Assembly: GCF_001194135.2 (NCBI RefSeq)
Contig: NC_068985.1
Location: 23,094,969 to 23,138,927 of the forward strand
Source: Octopus bimaculoides
Taxonomy: Eukaryota
Direction of reading: 5' to 3'
DNA: 43,959 nt
Part shown: one piece after another, positions 12,770 through 23,104 of the stretch
Layout: the number at the start of each line of letters is the position of its first letter
Position numbering within the stretch: the stretch's first letter is position 1
Position numbers and translations under genes: made by a program
The notes under the pieces: generated by a model
The model's database searches: none
Seen by the model: only the letters and a program-made list of their open reading frames with translations
What the model was told of the DNA's origin: nothing

Positions 12770-12968
12770 TAATAATACCAACAACAACAACATCGAAAAA
12801 TACCTTAGGAATGAGAACCCAGGTTCGAAATTTCCCCAAGACACCTGATGAAGGCTGGAGGGTGTATCAGCCGAAATGTTGTGTTATCAACAAACAAGAT
12901 GAGGACAAATATCCGTCAATTGTAAATAATGTACATAATTCTTCATGTCTTAAATATAGATCTGTATA
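12629..12968 (+). mobile_element. tRNA-headed SINE-like element, right arm of palindrome
   Basis: A-box TGGCACAGTGG, B-box GAGTTTGATTCC (GTTCGA with CpG decay), tRNA-Arg-like CTAC...AAGATT segment, expanded (AAT)n at 12705-12791, and tail containing CTGATGA...GAAA. Confidence 0.85.
12840..12885 (+). ncRNA. Minimal type I hammerhead-ribozyme-like motif (probably inactive)
   Basis: GACAC (helix I 5') CTGATGA A GGCTG-GAGGGTGTAT-CAGCC (helix II) GAAA TG T T GTGTT (helix I 3'). Helix III is reduced to a tetramer. Confidence 0.55.
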
Positions 12969-13871
12969 AACTGCAGTACTTGAGAAGCTTCAAGTCAACA
13001 TTACAAGACCAGACCCACAGTAAAAAAAAAGTTATCAAATGCCCAAGAATATAGAAGTGCACGACAGACAACCAAGATATGTTGATGTAATGGTGAAAGT
13101 AATGTTCTGAGCCATGATATCATGACTTATTACATTATGTTAGAAAAGTGAAAAGGAATATTCATTTGTGTAATGATCAATCCTGAACTAGAAAACAGAT
13201 GAGACAACTCCAAAATTTTGATTAGAGTAATTAAAAATAGAACATAGGTAATGGATTCCTGGCATTCCTAACCTTTCTATGCAGATACAAGGTTGGTCAA
13301 TTTGGGTCAAACATCAGCATTTGATCAGTATCCTACTCCTTTCCTTCCTTTTCAGTTTTTATTTTTTTTATTGTGGGGTGTATTGTGATAAGATTTAAAG
13401 CTTAAAATACGAAGAACCATTTCTAAGTTAATTCTTTTAGGAAGACTTGGTTGTTACATTGTAAAAGCTCCCACCTTGGCTCAAACCAAAGTATGCTGAT
13501 AGAGAAAAACGATATAAGAAAAAAAAGCTTTAAAACAATATAGCTATTCAACTATTTTTTTTCAGATGAGGTGAGTAAAAAAGTGAAAAGATGACATATG
13601 TATGATGAAAGTTACTTGAAAAGTCAAGGGGTCATTGATAAAAAAAAAAAAGTTTGCATAATGGAATTTTAGAATGTTACAGACAGATTAAATTTAAATG
13701 GGGCTCAAGGGAAATTTAATTCATCAAATGATAGGGTTACAAGTAGAAATTTTTTCAGCTCATTAATTATAATGAAGGAAAGTTCTGAGGCTGTCATTGC
13801 ACCATGAAATTATATTTGCAGGCTTTCAAACATACAAACACATACCCACGCACATATGCACACATAGACAA

Positions 13872-13902
<31 letters not shown>

Positions 13903-14979
13903 TGTATGTATATATGTTACTTGAATATGAATATATAATACAAAGTATATTATATTTTTGGCATCCGTCACTCTCAAAGGACGATGGAACTATTCCACTG
14001 ATGTCTACTTTGAGTGCAGGCCTGGGTAGGGTGGTGTGGATAACCAGTTATTGATCACACAACAGTTTTCTATACTCTACAACACTGGTATGGCACAAAG
14101 AAAATGGAACTTAGAACCAGAGTTGGCACAGAAACTGCCATAATGACTCCAGTTCCAGATTCAACCTCATGGTTTACTCTTTTGTAATGGTAATAGTGTT
14201 TGAGTACGGCTGTTATGTGGCAGACTTTTGAAACCAGAGATGACTTTCTTTTAACTGGACTAGTGATCCAAATTTATTAACCATACCTACCCAAAGAAGT
14301 ATATAAACATCATGAATTAGCACACACAGACGCATGTGCATTGCGTCTATGTACATATGCATGTGAGTACGTTTGTGTGTGTGTGTGTGTGCATGTGTGT
14401 GTATGTGTGTGTGTGTATGTGTGCATGCATGCACTCATCCACACACCCACACATGCATACACATTCACAGAACAACATCACAAACTACTATTTGATAAAC
14501 ATTTTTTTCTGTAATGAGTTAGAGTCTCCTAAAACTTATTAACAAGTTTTTAATAATTAATTAAAAGTCCTTTTCTGAAATCATAAAAATAGCATCTAAG
14601 CTATTGTGAGGTGAGCAGAGGTTAGTGTCATCAAATATTGTATTACTGAACATCTGTTGTCACTACTGTTATATTGTTTATTGAGTTGTCCAATTAAGCT
14701 TGTTTTATTTCAGTAATATGGAAGGAAATAACTTAACAAGAGTTTCGGAGCAACCTACTGTTTCTCACCAAATATATGTCACGCTCCAGATAGATCCATT
14801 ATCATACTGAGCATTGAGTTATATAAAAATAGTTGGAAATAGAGAAGGTCTTTCTACAGAGTCACTCAACTTGCTTCTCAGACCAACCAGACCAACCAGA
14901 GTCTTGTGATTAGATTTAGTAGACAGAAATTGAGAGAAGCCTATTGTATACATATTTATTAATATGTATGTATGTGTAA

Positions 14980-15181
14980 GTCAGTGAGGCGGCAGAATCA
15001 TTAGAATGTCAGGCAAAATGTTTAGCAGTATTTTGTCTGCTTTTATGCTCTGAGTTCAAATTCAACTTTACTTTTCGTCCTTTTTGGGTTGATAAAACAA
15101 GTACCAGTCAATGACAAGGGTCAATGTAACTGACTTACCCCTAACCTGAAATTGCTGGTTTTGAGCCAAAATTTTAAATCA
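14980..15181 (+). mobile_element. tRNA-derived SINE, family B (decayed)
   Basis: GGCAGAATCATTAG head, TCTGAGTTCAAATTC B-box and AAGTACCAGT core shared with 16044-16255. Confidence 0.75.

Positions 15182-15184
<3 letters not shown>

Positions 15185-15233
<49 letters not shown>
15185..15233. repeat. (GT)n microsatellite
   Basis: Directly visible. Confidence 0.95.
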
Positions 15234-15235
<2 letters not shown>

Positions 15236-15293
15236 ATGCATGTATTTATGTACATATGTATGGATGTAGGCAGATAGCTATGTTGGTCGGTAA

Positions 15294-15552
15294 GTGTGTG
15301 CACATGTGTACCCTTGTTCTGACATCCCATGATGGTTGCAAATGAGTATCACTATCATACAAGTGAGGCTGTTGTTTGGTTTCCATCCTTCACGAATGAA
15401 AATGTCTGGTCAAGGGAAATAATACCCTGCCTACAAAAGGGTGAAGGTTTGTAACAGGAAGGGCATCCAGCCATGAAAAAAAATCTCTGCCTCAACAAAT
15501 TCTGTCTGACCTATACAAACATGGAAAAAGTGGACACTAAATCAATAATGAT
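15294..15552 (+). mobile_element. 3' half of family A2 SINE
   Basis: CAGGAAGGGCATCCAGCC...CTGCCTCAACAAATTCTGTCTGAC...CATGGAAAAAGTGGAC, matching the tails at 7600-7752 and 34577-34779. Confidence 0.7.
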
Positions 15553-16043
15553 GCGCTGATGATGACGACAATGACAACAGCGACGATGGTGGTGGTGGTG
15601 ATGATATATGGATGATAAATGGATGAAATATCTATAGCCTGAAAATTGACCTAGTCAATGATATGTGTCTATCTGTGGGGTTTGTACGAATAACTATTGA
15701 AATAAAAACAAATTGGTCCTTATTTAGTGCAATTCATTCTTATATCTTTGTATTTGTTTCCCAATGGGGCACTTTGTCTAAATATCATTTCTGCCTTTTC
15801 TCATTTTTTATTTAATATTTAATACTTCAAATCCCTATCGTCACAGAAAAATGTTCATTAAAAGGTATTAAAAAACAAAAAGTATGTCAAATTACAAAGG
15901 GCAACAATGTTTGTTTCAATTTAGTACAGACATATGCATGCACACATACACATATACAAATATAGACATGCTATACACACAAGCAATAGACATATTAATT
16001 GCTAATAAGTACAGATTATTATTATTATCATCATTATTATTAA

Positions 16044-16255
16044 GGCGGCAAGCTGACAGAATCATTAGCACACCGGGTAAAATGCTTAGCGGGATTTTGT
16101 CTGCTGCTATGTTCTGAGTTCAAATTCTACCGAGGTCAACTTTGCCTTTCATCTTTCGGGGTTGATAAAATAAGTACCAATTGAACACTGGGATCAATGT
16201 AATCAACTTAACCCTTTCCCCAAAAATTGCTGCCCTTGTGACAAAATTTGAAACC
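16044..16255 (+). mobile_element. tRNA-derived SINE, family B
   Basis: GGCGGCAAGCTGACAGAATCATTAGC head, GAGTTCAAATTC B-box, ends TTTGAAACC; (TTA)-type repeats on both flanks. Confidence 0.85.
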
Positions 16256-16282
16256 ATTATCATTATTAACATTATCATTTAT

Positions 16283-17045
16283 GGTTTCTTTTCCCTATAG
16301 CTTTATTTCAGCTGCCCTAGTACTGGGCGTCCTCCAGAGGCCAAGAGTAGCAAGGGCACTTTTGTTTTGCTATGCATGCTAAAATTATCACCACATTTAT
16401 TCCATTTTAGATGGAGAGTGCTTTCCTTAGTATATGGGCTGTACCCATCAAGGTTATCTTTTGTAGTTCACGGAGGTTGGAGTTACCAGGGAGCTGCTTA
16501 ATATTCTTCTCAGCTCCCTTCTTTATCATTCCCAATGCACCAATTATTACTCTTATTATCAGAGTACTAAGCTTCCACATTTTTGTGATTTAAATTTGCA
16601 GATCTTAATAATGAAAAAGGCTTGCGTATTTCCTTGTTGAGACATTTTGATCTTGTGGGACACATATATCTATTAACAGACAAGTTCCTCTATTGCAGTC
16701 CTTGATCACAATGTCTGGTCAATTGGAGTCAATTTTTCTGTCTGTTTGTATTGGGAAGTTCCAAAGGATGGTGACGCCCTCACCGTTTACTACATCCCCT
16801 GGATGGTGCCTGTACCACTTATCATAGGATTTAATTTTGTAGTATTTACAAGCATCCCAGTGGACGTACTGCCCTAGTCTGTCATGTCTTATGAGGTACT
16901 CCTTTTCAGCGAGAACTGGGCAGCCAGAAACAACATGATCAATTGTCTCTGTGAATTTTCCACAAATTCTGCATGATCCATCTTTAAGGACATTTGCATG
17001 GTAGTTTCTGGTAGGTAAGCTCTGATCTTGCACTTGTATGAATGT
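16283..17045 (-). mobile_element. 5'-truncated RLE-type non-LTR retrotransposon (R4/Dong-like), C-terminal ORF plus 3' UTR
   Basis: Minus-strand translation gives CRICGKFTETIDHVVSGC (CCHC knuckle), RHD motif, N*PDIVIKD...LLID (PD..D endonuclease) and GALGMIKK...LQKITLMGTAHILRKALSI* (stop 16407-16409). In-frame stops are present. The clade within the RLE elements is inferred. Confidence 0.9.
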
Positions 17046-17071
17046 GTGTTTATTATTATTGTTGTTATTAA

Positions 17072-17287
17072 GGCAGTGAGTTGGCAGAATCATTAGCGTG
17101 TTGCATGAAATGTTTAGCAGTATTTCACCTGTCGTTATGTTCTGAGTTCAAATTCCGCCAAGGTCGACTTTGCCTTTCATCCTTTCAGGGTTGAAAAATT
17201 AAGTACCAGTGAAACACTGGGGTTGATACAATCGACTAGTCCCTTCCGCCAAAATTTCAAGCCTTGTGCCTTTAGTAGAGAGGAGGA
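17072..17287 (+). mobile_element. tRNA-derived SINE, family B (alternative 3' end)
   Basis: GGCAGTGAGTTGGCAGAATCATTAGC...GAGTTCAAATTCCGCC...AATTTCAAGCCTTGTGCCTTTAGTAGAGAGG; (TTA)n flanks. Confidence 0.85.
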
Positions 17288-17307
17288 TTATTATTACTAT
17301 TATTATT

Positions 17308-17828
17308 GAGTGAGAGAGCAGTGCATGCCATCGAATTGACATTGGGGTAAAATATACAAAACCCAGTATACCCATCATGACTACCCGTCTGATAAGGGTA
17401 CACCAGGCACATGCATCACAATAATATGTGCGCGATATGGTGATCTCATATCAAGATAAACAGTGCATGACTTTGCAGGTGGGGCCCAGTTAGAATTTTC
17501 TTCCAGTTGAGTAGCCCATCCCACTCAAAAGGTCCCTGAATAAGGGTTGTTTAAGGATATTGACTGAAACACTCATGTTTCCAAAGGTGAATTATCCAAA
17601 CCCCAAATAACTCCTCTCGACACATGGCTATGATGCTCCCCCACTACTTCTGCTCATGATCAGAGATGCACATATCGTCAGCCACTAAGGGATATGCTCA
17701 ACTGGTTACGGTCAAAGAAATGACAAGCAAATCTGTGGTATTGAGTAGAATATTTGCTGTAGCCCATCTTTTATACCAAGACAAAACAATGTACATGATA
17801 ACACTTCCAATCAGTTAAGATGAGAAGC

Positions 17829-17829
<1 letters not shown>
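17308..17829 (-). mobile_element. Unclassified ~520 bp repeat 'C', copy 1
   Basis: Collinear with 29730-30193 and has the same left boundary (TTATT|GAGTGAGAGA). Flanked by (ATT)n. Strand is inferred only from the truncation pattern. Confidence 0.75.
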
Positions 17830-17870
<41 letters not shown>

Positions 17871-17920
17871 CATCATTATTATCATCATTATTATCATCAT
17901 TATTATCATCATTATTATCA

Positions 17921-17980
<60 letters not shown>
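17830..17980. repeat. (ATT)n / (ATCATTATT..) microsatellite
   Basis: Directly visible. Confidence 0.95.
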
Positions 17981-17981
<1 letters not shown>

Positions 17982-18194
17982 GGCAGTGAACTAGTAGAAT
18001 CATTAGCATACTGGACAAAATACTTAGTGGCATTTTATCCATCTTTATGTTCTGAGTTCAAATTCCACAAAGGTCGGCTTTACTTTTCATCCTTTGGGGG
18101 TTGATAAATTAAGTACCAGTTGAGAGTGGGGTCAATGTAATTGACTAAGCCCCTCCCTGAGAATTTCAGGCCTTGCACCTATAATAGAAAGGAT
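17982..18194 (+). mobile_element. tRNA-derived SINE, family B
   Basis: Same head, B-box and tail as 17072-17287; followed by a decayed partial B-like copy to ~18370. Confidence 0.85.
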
Positions 18195-18435
18195 TGACTG
18201 GTAGAATCAAAAGAGGGGCAGAGAAAATGATTTGAAGTATTTAATTATACTTCTTTTCATTTTGAAATTAAATCCTGTGGAGGTCAGCTTTACCTTTCCT
18301 CATTAGTGGAGGGGGGGGGGTCATCTATCAAATAAGCACCTGTCAAGTACTGTGGGGACTGAATCCAGCCCCATATTTACAAAGCAAACTTCTGAATCAT
18401 TCACCTATGTCAGCATTTATTATATATGTGTGTGA

Positions 18436-18812
18436 GTTGGCACTCCGTCGCTTACGCCATCGAGGGTTCCAATTGATCCGATCAACGGAACAGCCTGCTC
18501 GTGAAATTAACGTGCAAGTGGCTGAGTACTCCACAGACACGTGTACCCTTAACGTGTTCTCGGGGATATTCAGCGTGACACAGTGTGACAAGGCTGACCC
18601 ATTGAATTACAGGCACAACAGAAACTGGAAGTAAGAGTGAGAGAAAGTTGTGGTGGAAGAGTACAGCAGGGTTCGCCACCATCCCCTGCCGGAGCCTCGT
18701 GGAGCTTTAGGTGTTTTCGCTCAATAAACACTCACAACGCCTGGTCTGGTAATCGAAACCGCGATCCTATGACCGCGAGTCCGCTGCCCTAACCACTGGG
18801 CCATTGTGCCTC

Positions 18813-18815
<3 letters not shown>
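18436..18815 (-). mobile_element. tRNA-derived SINE, family D (well preserved, CpG-rich)
   Basis: Minus strand starts GTGGAGGCACAATGGCCCAGTGGTTAGGGCAGCGGACTCGCGGTC...GGTTTCGATTACC (A-box TGGCCCAGTGG, B-box-like GTTTCGATT). The body is unlike families A and B. Confidence 0.85.

Positions 18816-18861
<46 letters not shown>
18816..18861. repeat. (TA)n microsatellite
   Basis: Directly visible. Confidence 0.95.
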
Positions 18862-18864
<3 letters not shown>

Positions 18865-20888
18865 GTGAGTGTTTTGTGTGTTAGCTACAACTCACTCATT
18901 ATTGATATTCATCACATCTTCCAACCACTCCTACAACTATCCCTCACTCACACTCTCTATTACCAGTGAATATGCAACTGCCATTTATGTCTCTCTCCTA
19001 TTACTCTCTGCCGTTACTGTCCCTTGTTACACTCAGCCATTACTCTTCCTTGCACTGTCACTCCCTTACTTCTCCTCTTCCACACTGTCATCCTAATCAT
19101 TGTATTTCCCCACTTCATATTTTTGATTCTTTGTCTCAGATATCCTAGTTCATCTTCTGCAATTGTCTTCTTTTCTCACTTTCTCCTTTCTCGGCCATAT
19201 TGCCCTGAACAGAGTCAACATAAAATAGTAGGGACCCTTTTGTCCTGCAGGGTACTAGGCAACCTTACTATTGCCTGTGTCTCAGTAAAACATCCCCGGT
19301 ACATTCCATAAAGTGGTCAGTGTTAGAAGATGTATCCAGTTATAGAAATCATAGTTGAGATGTGGTTCCTCGACCTGTCTAAGAAGGCAGTAACTTGTTC
19401 AACACATGCCAGCATGGAAAGGGCATGTACGCACACACACACACACACATTTACATACAAGTGTATGTTCACTGTTACACCACACCTACACTTTGCAACC
19501 ACTAAGCCCCCATCTACAAGAAGAATAAAAAATATCAATAAAGTTCTGGCAAACAAAAGAGAATAAAATTACAGTCTGACAAAGGCAAGTGAATTGAAAC
19601 CTCAATGCCTCTGTTAATGTTTTCCATTTAAAAACAAGATGTAATTCTCTACTGAAATGTATTAGGTGATCCTTCCATTAACGTTTTGGCTGTGTTTATT
19701 TATAACAATACTTAAAGCAAACATTTGTATACATTGGTATATACATACATACTGCACACACACACATGCACACACATATTTGTGCACACATATATGCATA
19801 TGTGTGCGCACTCAGCAATTTAAATTAATGCTTATTTAAATTGTATAAAATAAAAATGACAATCAAAAGATTAAATCAACTGAATACTGGCATACATTAT
19901 TGAGAGGAGAAATGATTGAATATAATAATTTCTAATTATTACAATTAGTTATCTGGGAGCTTCTTGTATCCAAATTCTATTGAAACTATGGAGCCTTTAT
20001 AATTTTCCAACAAAAGGCATTAATAATATTCCATAGAAAAGTTCAAAATTGATATTCTTTTCATTTAAATTACAGTTGTTTTTTTGTCTTTGTTCTTGTC
20101 TCTTTGTTTGTTTTTTCCTTTAGTTGATCTCGGTTGATTGGTAACATTATGATAATGAAAGTGAAGAGTAGATTTGCCAATTAAATCCTGTGGAAAGTAA
20201 TTAGATAAATTACAATGAATACATGAACAATGGAAGAATCCAGTTACACTCTATCTATTACAGATAAATAATATAACTGTTTCCCCATGTAGATAAAAAA
20301 AACAAACAAACTAAGATAACTAGTTAAAGACAAAGATATTATATAAAACTTAGAGCAACTGAGATAATGATTTTTGGTAAACCAGAAAGGAAAATTTGAA
20401 TTTATTCCTTATAGATGGAAGAAAAAAATAAAGAAAACATTTTCAAATCAATAATGAATGACTGAGAAATATTATGAAGTAAGAGTAGCAATTTATTGAT
20501 TTCTGTTTGGAAATGGTTGTGAGCTTCCTGTTAGTATGAGATGCCGAGTTGAAGAGCAGGTTAAGTATATTACCAACATTATTTCTACTACTTGTAATCT
20601 CCTGTGAATTGTCTATGATTAAATAATGTTCCACTGATAATTTTAGCTGCATGTTATCATCATCATCATCATCATCGTTTAACGTCCGCTTTCCATGCTA
20701 GCATGGGTTGGACGATTTGACTGAGGACTGGTGAAACCGGATGGCAACACCAGGCTCCAGTCTGATTTGGCAGAGTTTCTACAGCTGGATGCCCTTCCTA
20801 ACGCCAACCACTCAGAGAGTGTAGTGGGTGCTTTTACGTGTCACCCGCACGAAAACGGCCACGCTCGAAATGGTGTCTTTTATGTGCC

Positions 20889-21476
20889 NNNNNNNNNNNN
20901 NNNNNNNNNNNNNNNNNNNNNNNNNNNNNNNNNNNNNNNNNNNNNNNNNNNNNNNNNNNNNNNNNNNNNNNNNNNNNNNNNNNNNNNNNNNNNNNNNNNN
21001 NNNNNNNNNNNNNNNNNNNNNNNNNNNNNNNNNNNNNNNNNNNNNNNNNNNNNNNNNNNNNNNNNNNNNNNNNNNNNNNNNNNNNNNNNNNNNNNNNNNN
21101 NNNNNNNNNNNNNNNNNNNNNNNNNNNNNNNNNNNNNNNNNNNNNNNNNNNNNNNNNNNNNNNNNNNNNNNNNNNNNNNNNNNNNNNNNNNNNNNNNNNN
21201 NNNNNNNNNNNNNNNNNNNNNNNNNNNNNNNNNNNNNNNNNNNNNNNNNNNNNNNNNNNNNNNNNNNNNNNNNNNNNNNNNNNNNNNNNNNNNNNNNNNN
21301 NNNNNNNNNNNNNNNNNNNNNNNNNNNNNNNNNNNNNNNNNNNNNNNNNNNNNNNNNNNNNNNNNNNNNNNNNNNNNNNNNNNNNNNNNNNNNNNNNNNN
21401 NNNNNNNNNNNNNNNNNNNNNNNNNNNNNNNNNNNNNNNNNNNNNNNNNNNNNNNNNNNNNNNNNNNNNNNNNNNN
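20889..21476. other. Assembly gap (N run)
   Basis: Run of N. Confidence 1.
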
Positions 21477-21797
21477 GCAGTTACAGCCCATGTTTCACTG
21501 CCATGTAGCATGGTTGTTCGTACGCATGCGTCATACAGTCTGCCTTTTACTCTGAGTGAGAGTCCCTTTGTCGCCAGCAGGGGTAAGAGCTCTCTAAACT
21601 TTGCCCAGGCTATTCTTATTCTAGCAGCTACACTTTCAGCGCACCCACCCCCACTACTAACTTGGTCGCCCAGATAGCGGAAGCTATCGACTACCTCTAG
21701 TTTTTCACCCTGGAATGAGATAGAAGTTGTTTCCTGTTTGTTTGCAGTCTTTATTGCACCTGAACATCTGCCACAAACAAAAACTAACTTGCTAGTT

Positions 21798-21870
21798 AAC
21801 CTGCCTTTGATGTTGCTTTAACCTGCCTTTGATGTTGCTTAACCTGCCTTTGATGTTGCTTTAACCTGCC
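21798..21870. repeat. Tandem 22/21/22 bp repeat (AACCTGCCTTTGATGTTGCTTT) at the LINE 5' junction
   Basis: Units at 21798-21819, 21820-21840 and 21841-21862, plus a partial at 21863-21870. Confidence 0.95.
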
Positions 21871-23104
21871 TAGTTAATTAAAAATATTATTCAAAGGATC
21901 AGATAATTTTATGAAATATTTAAGCTCTTGCGCATTCATAGAATACTTTCATGCAGCAATAATGATAGTTGCTGTTGTAGTAGTAAAGAGCATTGTTGTG
22001 ATACTGACAAAGAAGCCTTAGCACTGAAGTGTGAATACCATCACATTTCAACAGGTAAATAATCCTGCAACCATTTGATGACAAACTTTTTCAACTCTCC
22101 AGCCATCAAATAAGTCTTTATATCAACAGTGAGTAACTTATCTATGGGCATAATTTTGCTCACATTCAAACTATTTAATGTTGAAATCTCAAAAACCATA
22201 TACTAAAAGGACCTTCTGAGCAAAACAGTAATTTAATATAATTTGCATACCTATTAATTTGTAAAATTGACAATTCATTATTTTTCACAGTACAAATACA
22301 CTCCTACTGGTTTTGATGCACTGGCAATTCTCTCCAGGTATTAAAAAGATTCCCCACCTAAGCTCTATGTGATTGTTCAACTTACAGAAAATAGAAACCG
22401 AATCTCCTTCAAATCACATCATGGATAATATCTAACTGGGTCAATGGATATTATCCAACTTTCTTCTTCTAGGTCAACACCTAGGTCTCCAGTCAGTTGT
22501 ATTGGCTTGAAGAATTCATCTTGCAATTCTTTCCTGCAATATTCTAATCACATGTTTGTAGTACTGGAGCTGTGACTTCTCAACACAGAGAAGTAGTGGC
22601 TTGACCTGGAGAGACTCCCTCAGTGTGAATACAAATACATTTATGTAAAGCACATCAGGAAAGTCTCACTTACAACTAAAGACAGCAATGGCAGTGTGAA
22701 AGAACATGAAGTGACAGTCAATGATATGAAGGGAGAGAGGACGGAATATTTATGAACTCTACCTACAGTCTGTAACTTATAATAGTGGAATTATTTGAAC
22801 ATATTTAAGAGGATTTTATAACCCACCCCAAACCCCCTCTAACACAATGGTATGGTACATGCTCCAAAAAATGTTCCTGTTTCATTGAAGAAGTCTGGGT
22901 TCTCTGGGGTTTTTTTTCCAGACTATACCTTGAATAACCTGGACACCATAATCCACATCAAAAATCACCAGACTTCTCTCTAAATTGAAGAAAGAGAGAA
23001 CTGAATTTCTCAACAGTTTTTATGTTTTTATCTTCCTCTTTGTTTCTTTTCTACAATGAAAACTATTTGCACACAATAACAGCTTGAGAGGGAGTCTCTG
23101 TGTG

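Larger units (their letters stand above)
20656..21870 (-). mobile_element. 5'-truncated RTE-clade LINE (ORF2 C-terminal part, assembly gap, 3' UTR)
   Basis: Uninterrupted minus-strand reading SNIKGRLTSKLVFVCGRCSGAIKTANKQETTSISFQGEKLEVVDSFRYLGDQVSSGGGCAESVAARIRIAWAKFRELLPLLATKGLSLRVKGRLYDACVRTTMLHGSETWAVT (YLG and LHGSETW motifs). The 3' end has a (GAT)n tail. Confidence 0.92.

Noticed and set aside
13566-13570. 5 nt plus-strand microexon candidate (TTTTCAG|ATGAG|GTGAGT)
   Set aside because: Not a multiple of 3, no supporting neighbouring exons, expected by chance in AT-rich DNA, and it may instead be a Tc1/mariner FSDE relic.
16719-17093. 124 aa ORF as a zinc-finger gene
   Set aside because: It is the CCHC/RHD region of the RLE retrotransposon fragment; its start lies in a SINE and microsatellite.
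20721-20737. CTGAGGA...GAAAC in the antisense of the RTE 3' UTR (also in the reverse complement of the 1-142 copy) looked like a hammerhead core
   Set aside because: Only 5 nt (CTGGT) lie between the core boxes and they cannot form helix II; no matching helix I or III was found.
20731-21677. Long ORFs of 200-280 aa here and at 27947-28696 and 39249-39908
   Set aside because: Artefacts of N runs and microsatellites.
21798-21870. Short direct repeats as a CRISPR-like array
   Set aside because: No spacers, eukaryotic context, and the unit is LINE coding sequence.
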